Origin: Trichoplax adhaerens
Taxonomy: Eukaryota > Animalia > Placozoa
Assembly (NCBI RefSeq): GCF_000150275.1
Contig: NW_002060952.1
Span: 1,540,452 to 1,604,451 of the forward strand
Direction of reading: 5' to 3'
DNA: 64,000 bases
This document shows, piece by piece, positions 1-12,829 of the stretch. A program made the position numbers and the translations under genes. Under the pieces are notes generated by a model, which was not told where the DNA came from, searched no databases, and was given only the letters and a program-made list of their open reading frames with translations. Within the stretch, counting starts at the first letter, position 1, and every line of letters starts with the position of its first letter.

Positions 1-1427
1 GAAGCTCGAGTGGCTGAGAATCGAGTTTCAGAGCCTTGCGTGTATTTCGTGCTATTGCGCAACGTAGCTCTGAAGACAGGCAAGAACGTTAAATTCATAA
101 TTAAAATTGAGTAGCCAAGATAGATATATTGACCGAAAGAGCTTAGGTAATAATTACTATACAGTCGATTATTCCTTCTTTCCTGGATAATTTCTTATCA
201 ACATGATGCATACGCAATTAACTTGAAGTGCTCGTATTTATGATACGTTTACGTATTATAGACTACAATAATTTAAATAGACGATAAATACTTATTTCTA
301 CTGTTACTGTACTTCTAATCGTATGATAGTGATTGAAGTGATTTAAATTTTTTGATGATGAGGTCCATTTATTACCAGAGACTATATATGGAAAAGCGTT
401 CGTTTTGAACTAAAATACTACTATAAATTATGAGATATTTGGAATAGGTATACAGTACAGTAAATTAAGTCCACATTAATGGTTATTCTATTAGTACGAA
501 ATAATGAAAAAAAATCATTTCTGGCATCTTCTATTCCTAGTTCGATAAATTATCTGTACCTTGATTTGTTCGACATTTTGAAAAGTTGCAAATCCTACAT
601 GTATAAACTGTACCCTGTAAACGTTGATCGATTTTGTAGTGGTTGCTATGGACAACGGAGGATTTCCTCAGATACTATAGACCGGCGTACAGTACACTAT
701 ACCGTGTCCTGAACGATACTGCAGTTGGTAAGAAAATTTCCTTTTCGTTGTATTATAATGCATCTGTATGCAAATGAAAGCAGTACGAGAACCCTTAAGC
801 GTTGTTGTCATTGAGCACAACACTACGTCATCACGGTAGTCCAGAGAAGAAATCAAACCTCCATACTGTGCCAATGTACATTACTGCAGTTTCCGTACCT
901 AAATAGCAAAAGTAGCAAAAAATCGATAACATTTTGACTCATCGAAGAATTTTCATTAGCAGATGCTGCTAACGAATTTAGTTGCTGCCAAGCTTCAATT
1001 AAGGCATAATTTATGATATACTGCAATTATAATTGGTCGGGAATATCTTACAATGATATTGATCGTATGATGTCTACCTAAATACTGACACAGTTGGCTA
1101 AGAATTGTCGTACAAGGCTCAATTGGATTTGCTAAAGTCCAGTATATCGCTGCTATTGATGCTTGCAAGCGTGAGAATCTTCCGAATGTCGGATTTGAAC
1201 TGTCGTTTAATAAACACTTTATACTCCATTATAGCGATGCTTTGCACAGTAGCTTTATTATGATGAAAGTGTATTGGCATAGTTTTAAGCAAAGTGGCAT
1301 TTATTTTCATTCTGAAAATTGAGCGTTTGAAAGTATACACTTGAAATCTATTCTTGAAAGACTGTCATTTCTGATGGATACTACGTGTGGGTCGTATAGT
1401 ATTTATTAGGCTGTTGAATCTAGAGAT

Positions 1428-2929
1428 ATGGAGTAAGTGTTGGAAATAGAATAACCTTTTTTTAACTTATATTTCGCATATAGACATTCACTCCTTAGAA
1501 TAAATGATCCCTAGTTTATTGTTAATAGATACCCACTGATTATAGTCATTACGAAAATATTAATATATGATCTCAATAGCTCTGATACAGATATACGTAT
1601 CTAACGTGTCCCCTTCAAAATTAGACGAAAACAAGTCCTTAGTACATGATCTTATACGATTACAACTTTTCATTTACTACCGTACACAGTTTGGTAACCT
1701 TGAGAATACATTTAAAAGCTAACGTAATTTTGATAGAATGTTCGCCCTAGTATTAAAGCTTTAAGCTTTATAATTTAGACTCAGATGTATCAAATTGCTT
1801 TCATGATATGCACTGATCAAGTAATCACCTTGCTTGAGCTACATAAGTTCACCGTAACAGTGACATCGCTACATTTAAATTGTATGTTATTAGCATGACA
1901 GTGAATTTATGTAAAAAGAAAGTTCTAAACGTTGTGCTTACTCTTTCTAATAGGAATAATTCATCAAGGTCAGCCTGCAGCTGCTCCGATGAGCAATGCT
2001 TTTTATACATCAATAATCAGTCCTTGCCACCACCTCCTGAGGAACCATTGCAAAGTGATTGTTGTGGTCAAGGTTGTAATCCTTGCGTCTTCGATATCTA
2101 TGAAAGCGATATTGCAAAGTGGAAGAAGAAATGCCGTCGTATTCTTAATAATGAAGAAGATTTTCTGGAAGATACTACGAAAAATTGTCGTCTGGCAGGC
2201 ATAGTGCTTGATCAATTTACATCTTTACAGATCATATCCATACAAAAGATTACTGAAAAATTAATTACTTATCGATTTAAATTGCCTAATAATAAACCAC
2301 TGAATTTAAATCCTGGTCAGCATTTGCTATTAGCCCATAAAGCTAACGATTTTATGCTTACGCGTCAATATACACCAATAAGTTCCGTTGATACCGTTGG
2401 ATATTTCGATGTTTTTATCAAAATTTATGATAACGGTAAAATGTCAGATCAGATTCGACAATGGCATGTAGGAGATTATGCTATGTGGAGAGGACCTTAT
2501 GGCGATTTTCAATATCTGCCCAATCAATGCAAAAAGATATTAATGCTAGCGGCTGGAACTGGTGTTGCGCCGATGATACAAATTATACGCTATGTTATCA
2601 ATAATGAGAACGATGATACTCTACTTCATTTAATTTTATCCGTCAAGTATTATGACGACATAGCTTTAAAACATGACCTAGATGCTTTCAAGCAGTATTG
2701 GAATGTAACTGTCGAATACGTTCTAACTTGCGAGAAAGATACGAAAAAATTCAAATATGGTGATAAAATTACGCTTAGCAAGGTTGATCACCAATTTCTT
2801 GAAAAAGTCTTATTTCCTCCATCTCAAAATTCTAAAGTGCTTATATGCGGAACAAAATCATTCGAAAAAGACATGATAAAATATTTAAAGCAATTCGGCT
2901 TTACTGAAGAGAATTATTTTAAATTTTAG
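1428..2929 (+). CDS. CYB5RL: NADH-cytochrome b5 reductase-like protein; predicted join(1428..1432,1954..2929)
   Basis: ORF 1880-2929 has the N-terminal oxidoreductase-like motif PPPPEEPLQSDCCGQGCNPCVFDIY, FAD-binding RQYTPIS and GKMS, and NADH-binding AAGTGVAPM and ICGT. ATG GA|GTAAGT at 1428-1432 splices in frame (phase 2) to CTAATAG|G at 1954. An alternative unspliced ATG lies at 1895. Confidence 0.9.
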
Positions 2930-4548
2930 AAATTTGAAAACCAGTACAATAACTAGAGCACTGTGGTACACACTCTAGCAGAGTCTAAATATACTCGTAT
3001 AGTACAGCGATTAGCTACAACTGACTTATTTACCAATGCCATTCTGTTTAAAGTATATAAACATAAATCACAATTTTTGATGCAGATACTGCAGATATTC
3101 CATTGAAATAAAATTGTTCATTGATTTTGAGTTATGGTTAGCATTTGTAGCTTGTCTATTTATTATGGACATAATCTTTACAAGGTAACAGCATCTTTTA
3201 CGCCAACAACTACTCCTCCCCATAATTCTGCTAGTTGTACGCTAGGTGTTTAATCAATCAGTCAGCGGTAGAAAAATAGAATTTTAAACATCCTCATAAT
3301 AATTTAAATAAACAATCGCTGAGTAAATTTTTACTTTTACCGGTAATTTTATTATCTTACAATATCAGGATATGATTGTTGAGTGATACTGTAAAGGATA
3401 CGATACAATATCATAGGTTTGAAATATATAAACTGTTATTGTGCAAGGTAGTACTGTACTCAGTTTGTAAAGGACTCATCATGCCAATGTTATTATTTAA
3501 ATACAATTAGACTAGCTTTCTTGTTAATAAATAAGAAGTTAGTCGTTCATTTACAGATTGCACATGGCATTGTCAACATTCAACAGCACTTGTGTTAGTA
3601 AAAAATTGGTAAATTAACATAATTATAATATTACCTAAACACAGAAGCACCGTACGAATGTTATTTCAACGGTAATCAAATTACATTCGCAAAATATTCA
3701 TATGGTATCTAATAGACATACACCAGACACAACGATTGCAACATTTACATGAAAAGTCGATTATAATGGTTATTACGCAATAAGAAAGGACACTACCTAC
3801 TAGTTTTGAGATAATAGACAGTTATCTGATTGCAATTAATTACGTGTTACCAATAATAAACTACGTGCTTACAGGCACCAATGCTGCACGCGCTTATTTT
3901 GGGGCAGAATACATATCGCACTGTAAGTTGCTAACGGGTTCAGAATTTTAGTGTGAAACAGCCAATGGTTGAACAGTAACATAGGCACAACGCATAGTAA
4001 TTACTTAGGTTACGTACGTACGATCTAGAATCATTTGCAATCATCATCTATTTGGAATGAAATAGATTATTTCATAATCTAGCAGTCGCAACATTATACA
4101 ATCACTAATCATCGCAAATTGCTATCGTAGGTAACCTTTTCTTGATACAGCTGGCACATTTAACTTCCTCAAATTCCAAGCTGAATAAATTCGTCTACTA
4201 ATTCAATTTAATCATGGGGATAGCTTAGACTGCCAGAGCTTGACATATTTACAAAAACCACCCTTACGTTAGTGCACATAGTTAGATTGCTAGCATTGTA
4301 TTTTGTACTTTAGTTTTTGAGGATAGAGCTCAATAAACTACTTAGAGTTTGATGAATATAAATTTTCGGATTCGATATAATTCGTTTGAAGTAAGAGCTA
4401 GTTTTCATTATTTGTGTACAACACTACAATGATATTTTGCATAATTTCTTTAAGTGAATAGTAGGATCATAGACCTTGGCTGCATCCTACATAAGATAAT
4501 AGCTTTTTATATCAAGAATACTATAATCAAATTCTGAGGCACCAGAAA

Positions 4549-7500
4549 TCAGTCAGCAGTGGGAACTGTTGAATCTTGCTGCGTTGTAGTTTCTGAATCG
4601 AAATTTTTCACGAGAGTTAAAGATCCTTGGTTGTCTTCTGTCTGTTCATAGAAATTACTTTCTTCTAAATCTTCTAAGGTGCAAAAATAAATGTGAGTTA
4701 TACCTACAATCAAATCTAGGTAATGTCAAACTCTGCTCAATAATAAATATATAATTTTTATTATTTCACAAAGATTTAACATTTAACCTGTTGATCCCTG
4801 GTGATATAGGTCATTCAAGATAATTTGTTCATCGCATGCATAGTTATCAGGTTTATGCACATTAGGTACACGCAGACCAACAGGAAAGCGAGAGCTGAGA
4901 CTACCACCAGCTATGTTGTAACGTAAGGAAACAGTTAATGAAGAGTGTCCAAGTCCGAATTGGAATCTTAGCAAAAATCAGATATTATTGAGAAGACAGT
5001 TTACCAATCACATTATTATTCAGAGGCTCTGATGGATTAAGAGGTTGTGCCCGTTCATATGGATTCAAATGAGCATCAACCTCATTCTCATCAAGAAATC
5101 TGTCCATGTAGTCGCTGCAAATAAAGATTTCTTAAAATCAACATGCAAAAGTAATTTAATCCTATTAGTTAGACATATAGAACAGTAGACTTACGTGACA
5201 CCAGGCTGAAAATATCCTTTCCTTTTTCCGTTATTTAACTGCATAGTAAACGCATCATAGCGTTCTGTCTTTTTCCATAGGTAATAGAATTGTACGATTT
5301 CACCAACAGAGCGCGTCGGTAATAAGCTTTGACGAATCTGATAGAAGTTCTTCCCACAAAGTTTCAACCCTGTTCACAGAAAATAGGCCAACGTTACATT
5401 TTTTTCTGATAAATACTACATGTACTATTACTTTACTATATCATATTATTCATAAAATTTAAATTTCTTATGACCGTCTTCGAATTTACAACATTCATCT
5501 TCAGACCAAAAAGGTGCTATGATAGGTAGGTGGTACCAATATTAGTATTAGATGTTATAAACCTAAGTAATTCAATTGTATATAAACCCTTGTACTAAAA
5601 TTCTTACTTGAATCACTTAGACATTCTCCAGTAAAATGTTCTTTATGATTAATTGCTTTATCTACATCAAAATTGTTTTGGAGCAAAATGAACAGCGCTT
5701 TATCATCGTCTTTATTATGATTGCCTAATGGCAAGGTGGTGATGCCTTCAACATCAGGGGATGGCTGGCAATATTTTGAAAGATATTTAACCACTATCAC
5801 ATCCAAAAGACATCATGAAATTAGAATTTAGTACCTTCCAGTTAGTAATAAATAGTTCACAACTGCATCAGAAGCATTACCTCTATCCTCCTCTATGTTG
5901 TCGGGCGTCCACAATAAAGTATCTGATAGCACCGTTGAACATAAATACACACACACAATAGATTTGTTAGTTCACGTATATGATAACAAAAAGCTAGAAA
6001 AGAGGATTATACATTAATGCTTCTCCATTGTTACTCAGTGCCAGCAACAACACCGAGCAACAGATACTCCAATATTAAAATACCTCCTAGTGCTGGGTGG
6101 ATACTCTTTTTATCAGATTTCAAGGTATACTCAGGTATTTCGGCTTGATACTCAGGGCCAACACGAATTTCCTGTTGAAATACGAACGAATCCAGGCATG
6201 AACAAACGTACGATGCGTACCGTAATAGAGTATATGTAAGATACTTGAAAGTATCTTATCGACACTTCACTGACCTTCTTCCACTCCAACGGTTCGTAGT
6301 CTGAATCACTTTCATCGGATTCATCACTGTTGGCATCAGCTTGATTATACACTAAAGCCAGTTAGATGTCTTCAGAATATTCAATAAAGCTACGATTGTA
6401 CTGTTAAAAGTCACTTACTGTTAACTAAATCTCGGCTATCGGAGCCACTTCCACTACCAGCACTTTCTGATACATATTCATCATCGTTGTCCCTTTTCCG
6501 TTTCTCGCCAGTCTTAATTTCAGGTTCATCTATTTTATGGAATGATGCCGTAACAACGCCTTTCTTATCCTCCTCTCCAGAGCTTTCGTCTTTCTGCTGT
6601 GATTTAGCAGTCTCGCCGTATCCATACATAGCCATTAATTGTTCTAGTGGCATGTCTCCTTCCTACAAGCGTTAAATCGTTGATGTTATAAAATCATCGG
6701 ATAGCAGTTACAAGTTGGCTAAGAAGATTACTGTAATTAGCATTTTATCAGCAACTACTCATCACGTAAATTACTTCTTCAAGTAGGGCCAGTTCTTCCG
6801 CCTGAGTATCAGCATCAACATCGTCTTGTAATTCCTCATCTTCCATTGTCTGTTCATCATCAAAGTCATCCATCATCATCTCAACCGTAGGCTCGAATTC
6901 ATCGTCGCCTTAACAACGAAAGCAATAAAATCATTAGATGTCGTTAAAAGTAACTAATTACGATCTGTTTAGTCACATCATAAATCATTTAGATAGCCGT
7001 TACATGAAAACTATGGCTCGTTTTAAATTTTTACATTTAAGTTAACAAAGATGGATATTATATTTTAAGCCAGTCAATAAATGGTGATATGAAAAGTCTA
7101 CGCATCAAGGATATTATAACGGCTAAATGAGCGTTCTTTCCTTTAGACTTTATTCTCAGTAAGTTAGCTCTTAGCTATAAATACTTAACTAGTAAATAAA
7201 GCAACCAACGGCAATGAACCTTATAACAGAGCTAATAAAAATAAATCTGTGGGTATAATGCACTTAATTATCCATTACAGTTATATCAAATTTATATGCA
7301 GCAACACGTGATGTTTTGATAATTTAAGAAAGTAAAATAATGTCAAAATTGTATCAATATAGGTGATATTGCTGGGTTAATGAGATAAATGCTTATTTGA
7401 TGAGTTCCAAGTATAAGAGATTCTGAAATAATTTATAATAAAAATTTCAACAGTTCGCCCAATGACAGGATATAACCATTTTAACTAGTAATACATTAAT

Positions 7501-9276
7501 ACTTTGTATAAAAACGGACGATAGCCAAGTACAGTATGTTCCAGTAGGTTTGCAAATGACGATTTCGCAATGAGTATGCTGTTATGCATATCTATATTAA
7601 GCATGATTGTAGTATTTATTGATCTTTTTAGCAATGCGAAATCTACCAAACTATATCAATTGCGAAGTACCGTAATTACTTCATAACATATGCGATTAAT
7701 CAAAGATTGCAATGGAGCGAATTCACCCAATTATTATACTTTGTAATAAAGTAATATGATAACTTTTACATTATTACAAATATTAGCATGTTACATAGTG
7801 CGAAGGGCGCGTAAATATGAAAAAGTAATTCCAGCCAATATAGTGAATTTAAGAGTTTCTGTCAGATATAAATAAAAACATTTATCATGTTAAACGAGGT
7901 AAACTTTTAAGATATTGGATTCTTTTGAAACAGAATATACTTTTATTGTAATCAGTTACTCACAAATTTGCTTGTTTAGTATATAACTAGCTAGGAAAAC
8001 TTTACTTTTACGCCGATAAATAATTTTTGGGGAATAGATTGAATATTACTGTCTAAGAGTTAAAATCTGCTTACTGTTTCTCTTATTTATAGTGGGTCAT
8101 AACGAATCCAGATACATCATTAGGTAAATTTAGATAACATGGTGCTATGGATGGTTTTAGCTATACTGAGATATAGCACTAAGAAAAGATTAAAGGGGAC
8201 TACAACGTTTTGTGCAGGCTAAAAATTTTATCAATAGTAATCTTGCATACAAGGACAGTCTTAAAAGATATATGTACTTCAGTTGAAGCATTATACATTA
8301 AATAGGAGCTCATAATGATTGTAGAGAGATATTTTTGACTTAAAAATCATCAGAGAGCAGTCTTAATAAAAATCAAACGAAAACTTTTTAAAGGAAGAGT
8401 TGCTAGCAATTATTGATTAAACACGTTCAAAAGTATTATATTACTACCTGTGGGCAGAGTTTCCGGGGATACATCCTATAGAGAAATTATTTTAATACAT
8501 ATATCAGTAACATACTCATTCATTTTACTTAAAAGTAACACTCATGAATGAAATACCAGTATTAAGATGATGTATTCAAAATATAAAAAAAATTTAGCAC
8601 CGTAGGCCTGTACAACGATTGGTATCAATTGTATTCAAGAAATATTTAAACGTTAGCTAGTAAAAATTGAATCATTAGCGCTGATAATTTGCAGAAATTT
8701 CATGAATTGATACCGATCACGAATTAGGGGATCATAGAATGGCTATAGCAAGGGAAATTTATTACTTTTATGTTACTATAAATGCCCAGCTCGCTACTGA
8801 TAAACTAGGTCGAGTCTAAAAGTGAGAGTATTCAATCTAGATTAAGCTCTTGTATCCTTCCAATACTAATATAATACTGCAGCATAGACCGAATGATATC
8901 TATTGAAAGAATACAGTAGAGATTCGATTTAGAGGCTATTCTAGTATACGAATTGGTCTTCTACGGAGGAAAGTACAAAATTTTACTTGTACGATAATTG
9001 TACTAAGTCTAGATAGAAATGAGAAATTCGGCGGGCTAGTTATCTCAGCTGTTGTCGTCCGTCACTACAGCGACAGAGTTGCGCCGAAAATACTTCGATT
9101 CATAATTACATTAAAATATTATTAATAAAACCGAATATACATAGCAGTTTAGTGAAAAAAGTTTGAAAAATAACCAATTTAGTGTGTAAAGTGGATTATT
9201 TAGTTTTACCATCTCAAATTGGATACTTGATAATTCATTAAAATACTACTAGCAACGGAATTACCTTGTTCGCCAT
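4549..9276 (-). CDS. MIER1: MIER-family (mesoderm induction early response) ELM2-SANT transcriptional corepressor, multi-exon
   Basis: Minus-strand exons give MANK (9265-9276), GDDEFEPTVEMMMDDFDDEQTMEDEE, MPLEQLMAMYGY, ELM2 (EWKK/EIRVGPEYQAEIP, LLWTP, KDDDKALFILLQNNFDVDKA), SANT ([50 protein letters not shown]) and QPGVTDYMDRFLDE. Stop TGA at 4549-4551. Probably co-orthologous to MIER1/2/3. Confidence 0.92.
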
Positions 9277-9309
9277 CTTCTCAGTTGTCGAATTTCCAGC
9301 TTGACTGAT

Positions 9310-10390
9310 TTACAGTACAGTACAGTACCGTCGATGAGTTTTACGCTTGCGCTGTACCGTACACGGTACCGTACAGTACAGCACAGTAGATTCTAGAAAC
9401 AGTACTGTAGTACTGTAGAAAAGCGTGTAAAACAGATGTCATTTAGAAAGAGATAAAGTCTTAACATTGCATTGCAAATCCGCGCCTCGTCTTGCGACGT
9501 TTATTTTACACATACCTTTCACCAAAATGCATAGAGACAAAAGCCTAGCCTTACAGTATTTAACTTTAACGCCTCTTGCCTACAGTATACAGTACTGTAC
9601 AGTACTGTAAAAGTGCAGTACTGTACTGTACAGTATTAATTGGAAACTAAAGACTGTACTGTACTGTACAGTACATACTTATTGCCTCTTGCCTACAGTC
9701 TGAAAGTCCAGTACAGTATTAATTGGAAACTAAAGACTGTACTGGACTTATTGCCTCTCGCCTCTAAAAGTCCAGTACAGGATTAATTGGAAACTAAAGA
9801 CTGTCCTGTACTTGATGCATCTTGACTATAAAAGTCCAGTACAGGATTAATTGGAAACTAAAGACTGTATTTACTGTACTTATTGCCTCTTGCCTACAGT
9901 ATAAAATTTCAGTACAGAATTTTTAGTTGGAAACTAAAGACTGTACAGTACTGTACTTTTGCCTCTTGCCTCTAAAAGTCCAGTACGGTACAGTATTAAT
10001 TGGAAACTAAAGACTGTACTGTACAGTACTTATTGCCTCTTGCCTTTAAAAGTCCAGTACAGTACAGTATTAATTGGAAATTAAAGACTGTACTGTACAG
10101 TACTGTACTGTACTGGACTTACAGTACTGTATTGCCTCTTGCCTCTAAAAGTTCAGTACTGTACACTGTACAGTACAGTACAGTACTTATGCTACAGTAT
10201 CTCGATGGAAAAAAAACACTGTACAGTACAGTACAGTACAGATGATACAGTCTTACTTATGTGATAGTACTGTACTGTACAGGGTACACTGTACTGTCCA
10301 GTACAATACCGCACAGTACAGTGTACAGTAGTGTAAAATAAGAAAAAACCTGTACTGTACAGTTCTGTACACTGTGTACTCTACTGTTCC
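9310..10390. repeat. ACAGT/ACTGT (GTAC-W)n low-complexity array in the divergent promoter between MIER and the 10.6-kb gene
   Basis: Dense mixed-orientation tacagtacagtactgtactgtac tracts; source of the spurious STVQY/YCTVL ORF at 10000-10245. Confidence 0.9.
9570..10160. repeat. Composite minisatellite, about 7-8 units of 64-85 bp
   Basis: Block ATTAATTGGAAACTAAAGACTGT (about 9635, 9718, 9782, 9846, 9927, 9995, 10069) alternates with block GCCTCTTGCCT (about 9571, 9684, 9752, 9884, 9961, 10035, 10133). Variable numbers of GTAC-W units separate them. Confidence 0.9.
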
Positions 10391-10626
10391 TTGCACTGTA
10401 GAGTCAGTTTACAACTAGCCAACAAATTTCTCAACCATCAACACTCGTTTCTTTTCAGTCAGCACCACGTTCAATGGGACAGCATTTGTATTCCCGCAGC
10501 CTGTGAAGGTGATATGCAAAAAATTCCTCTTCACTCATATCAAGGACAATAATTATTTAAAAGTAGCATCCAAGGATTGCCTGTAGGCTCGACAAGTTGT
10601 AGTGGTTTACATACAGTATACTGGCA

Positions 10627-12087
10627 ATGACGCAAGCAGTGGACCAAATCAATGATATCCTAAGGCTTCTAAATGATTTGGATACGGAAATCGATAAATT
10701 CTTTTCCTCCATGTAAGTGCAAATAACAATTTCCTCACTCATGTTCGCTATCCACACAATCAAACACTCTCTATCATAAAAGGATCTCTATGCATAACTC
10801 TCTGTTGATGTATAATTCCTTTTAAAAATCTTGCAATCAACATAATGTATTGCAAAATACTGCTGCATACTGAAATTCCACGTAATACTATTACCGATAT
10901 CTATGCTAGAAAAGATCTAATATTGCATGATAGTGATATCTTCAGATTGGTTTTACATCATTGTAGGGTAAAGTGCTTACTCACTACGTTTATTATTTTA
11001 TTGTGTGGCAGCAATATACTCTGGGTAAAATAACAATAGACCTGTGCTGCGTAGAATTTTATTCAGTTCATTTTATAAATTTCTGAGCTGCTTGTTGCTT
11101 CCTTGGATTATGGCTTCATGACATTTCAGGTTTTGTGTTATGATTTATTCTTACAGGCAGCAATCATGCAGTGTGAGGTACACCAAGACTGATATTGATG
11201 GTAAGAGAACTTATATATTTTATTATTAACCCATTGTCCATAGAAGCAGTATGATGGATTATGTTGGCATTTTGATAAAATTACATGTTTTGCTTTGCAA
11301 GGACGTACTAGTTTTGAAGCTAATCAATCAATCACGCACATACTACTAAAAGAGAGTACAGCATAACAAAATTGAGTTCAGTATTGATGTGCATTTTTGC
11401 GCATTCAAAAGTTGTGAGTATGACTCCTGTGAAGATGGTTGTTAATAATAATGATCAACCGTAAATATACTCCAATAATTAATGAATATAAACTAAATAG
11501 CTAAGGGACTGATAGACCAGAGTCAATTCAGCAAATTGTGAATATCATGGATTTATTGATTTACTCAATGACTACAGTTGGAAGAATTCGGTAAATGCTA
11601 TAGGATAATTATTCATTTATTGAATGCCGTCGAGTTTTAATAGAAAAAGCTATTTCATATCTCGAATGATGCTTTCAATTGGGCATTGCAAAGATAATAA
11701 TCAACCGGATATATTGTTAAAATCATATCAACACATCGTTGATATTAGTCAACTAATGTAAGGCACAGGGGCTCTGTTAGTGTTCATATCTGCTTAATTA
11801 TTCCAGATATAAATAATCGATTTTCATTGATCAATAACGTATTATGTAAATTCTTATCGGATAAAGGTGATCTTCAGGCCTTACTAAAGATGCGACAAGA
11901 CATTGAAAGCAAAGTGAAGGAATATGGGCTAAATTGTGTTCCACTAGACTGGCCAAAAAATGCGAAAGAAAAAGATTTATTGGCCGGTATTAAGCAAGAA
12001 GCAAGTGTATTAAGAACAAATAACACTAAACTTCAAGATAGCTGTAGCACCATTCATAACATCGTAGCAAATCAGAGAACAGTATAA
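10627..12087 (+). CDS. Uncharacterised small alpha-helical/coiled-coil protein (about 160 aa), multi-exon; internal exon structure uncertain
   Basis: Exon MTQAVDQINDILRLLNDLDTEIDKFFSSM ends at a GTAAGT donor (about 10713), and exon 11157-11200 continues in phase. The open terminal exon (about 11808-12087) reads DLQALLKMRQDIESKVKEYGLNCVPLDWPK...IVANQRTV*, with AATAAA downstream near 12214. Confidence 0.6.
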
Positions 12088-12829
12088 TAGGCATATTCGG
12101 ATTGTGAACGCTGTATGAATCTTTCAATAGTCATAATGATGCTTATTCTCGATGAATAGGATTAATTATGTCGTACTAGCATTGGCAAATTATGATCGCA
12201 ATTAGCTTGTTATAAATAAAATGTCTTTTATAGTCGGTCCTGTGAATTTGTCAATTAGTTACCATTGACTGCTATTGTCAGTGCATTACGTGTACGTAAC
12301 AATGAATCCTGTCATGAAGCCATGAAGTGTACGTAAATTTCAGATACTATCTGAAACAATTCTGTAATTTATTAACTTTAAAAAGCTGTCTCCGTAATTT
12401 TCATGTGATTCGTGTTAATATCATGCTTTCCGTACTGTGCTAAAGATCATAATGATTGCATGGTATGTTTGTATAACTACTGTATATTATGGTTCATTTA
12501 TCTATGCATACAAATAAGCTTTCTCATATAAGTGAAGAGTAAATTTTTAAATTCGTCATTGATTTAATGGCAGTTTCATAACAGAACATTTGTAAGTTAT
12601 GAATTTGGATTGCTATATTTGCTTGTAAATATGCCTGCTTAAGTAAGACATATAATGTATCATAGATAGCATAAATACGTACCGTTAGTTTAGGCAATTC
12701 GTAGATACTTTTATATGATTTATATACTATGGTATACTATGTTGACTTCGGTTGCGAATCTGCAATTAAAATATTGGTATTCCTTATCGTTATGCCATGG
12801 ATGCATCATATAATTAATTATATTAATTG

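Noticed and set aside
1-1200. Possible partial minus-strand gene divergent from CYB5RL (exon-like pieces at 1-70, 558-594 and 700-870)
   Set aside because: I could not build a phase-consistent model or recognise any homology.
3391-3401. U12-type donor-like GTATCCTTTAC on the minus strand
   Set aside because: It lies outside any coding exon, and no U12 branch site is nearby.
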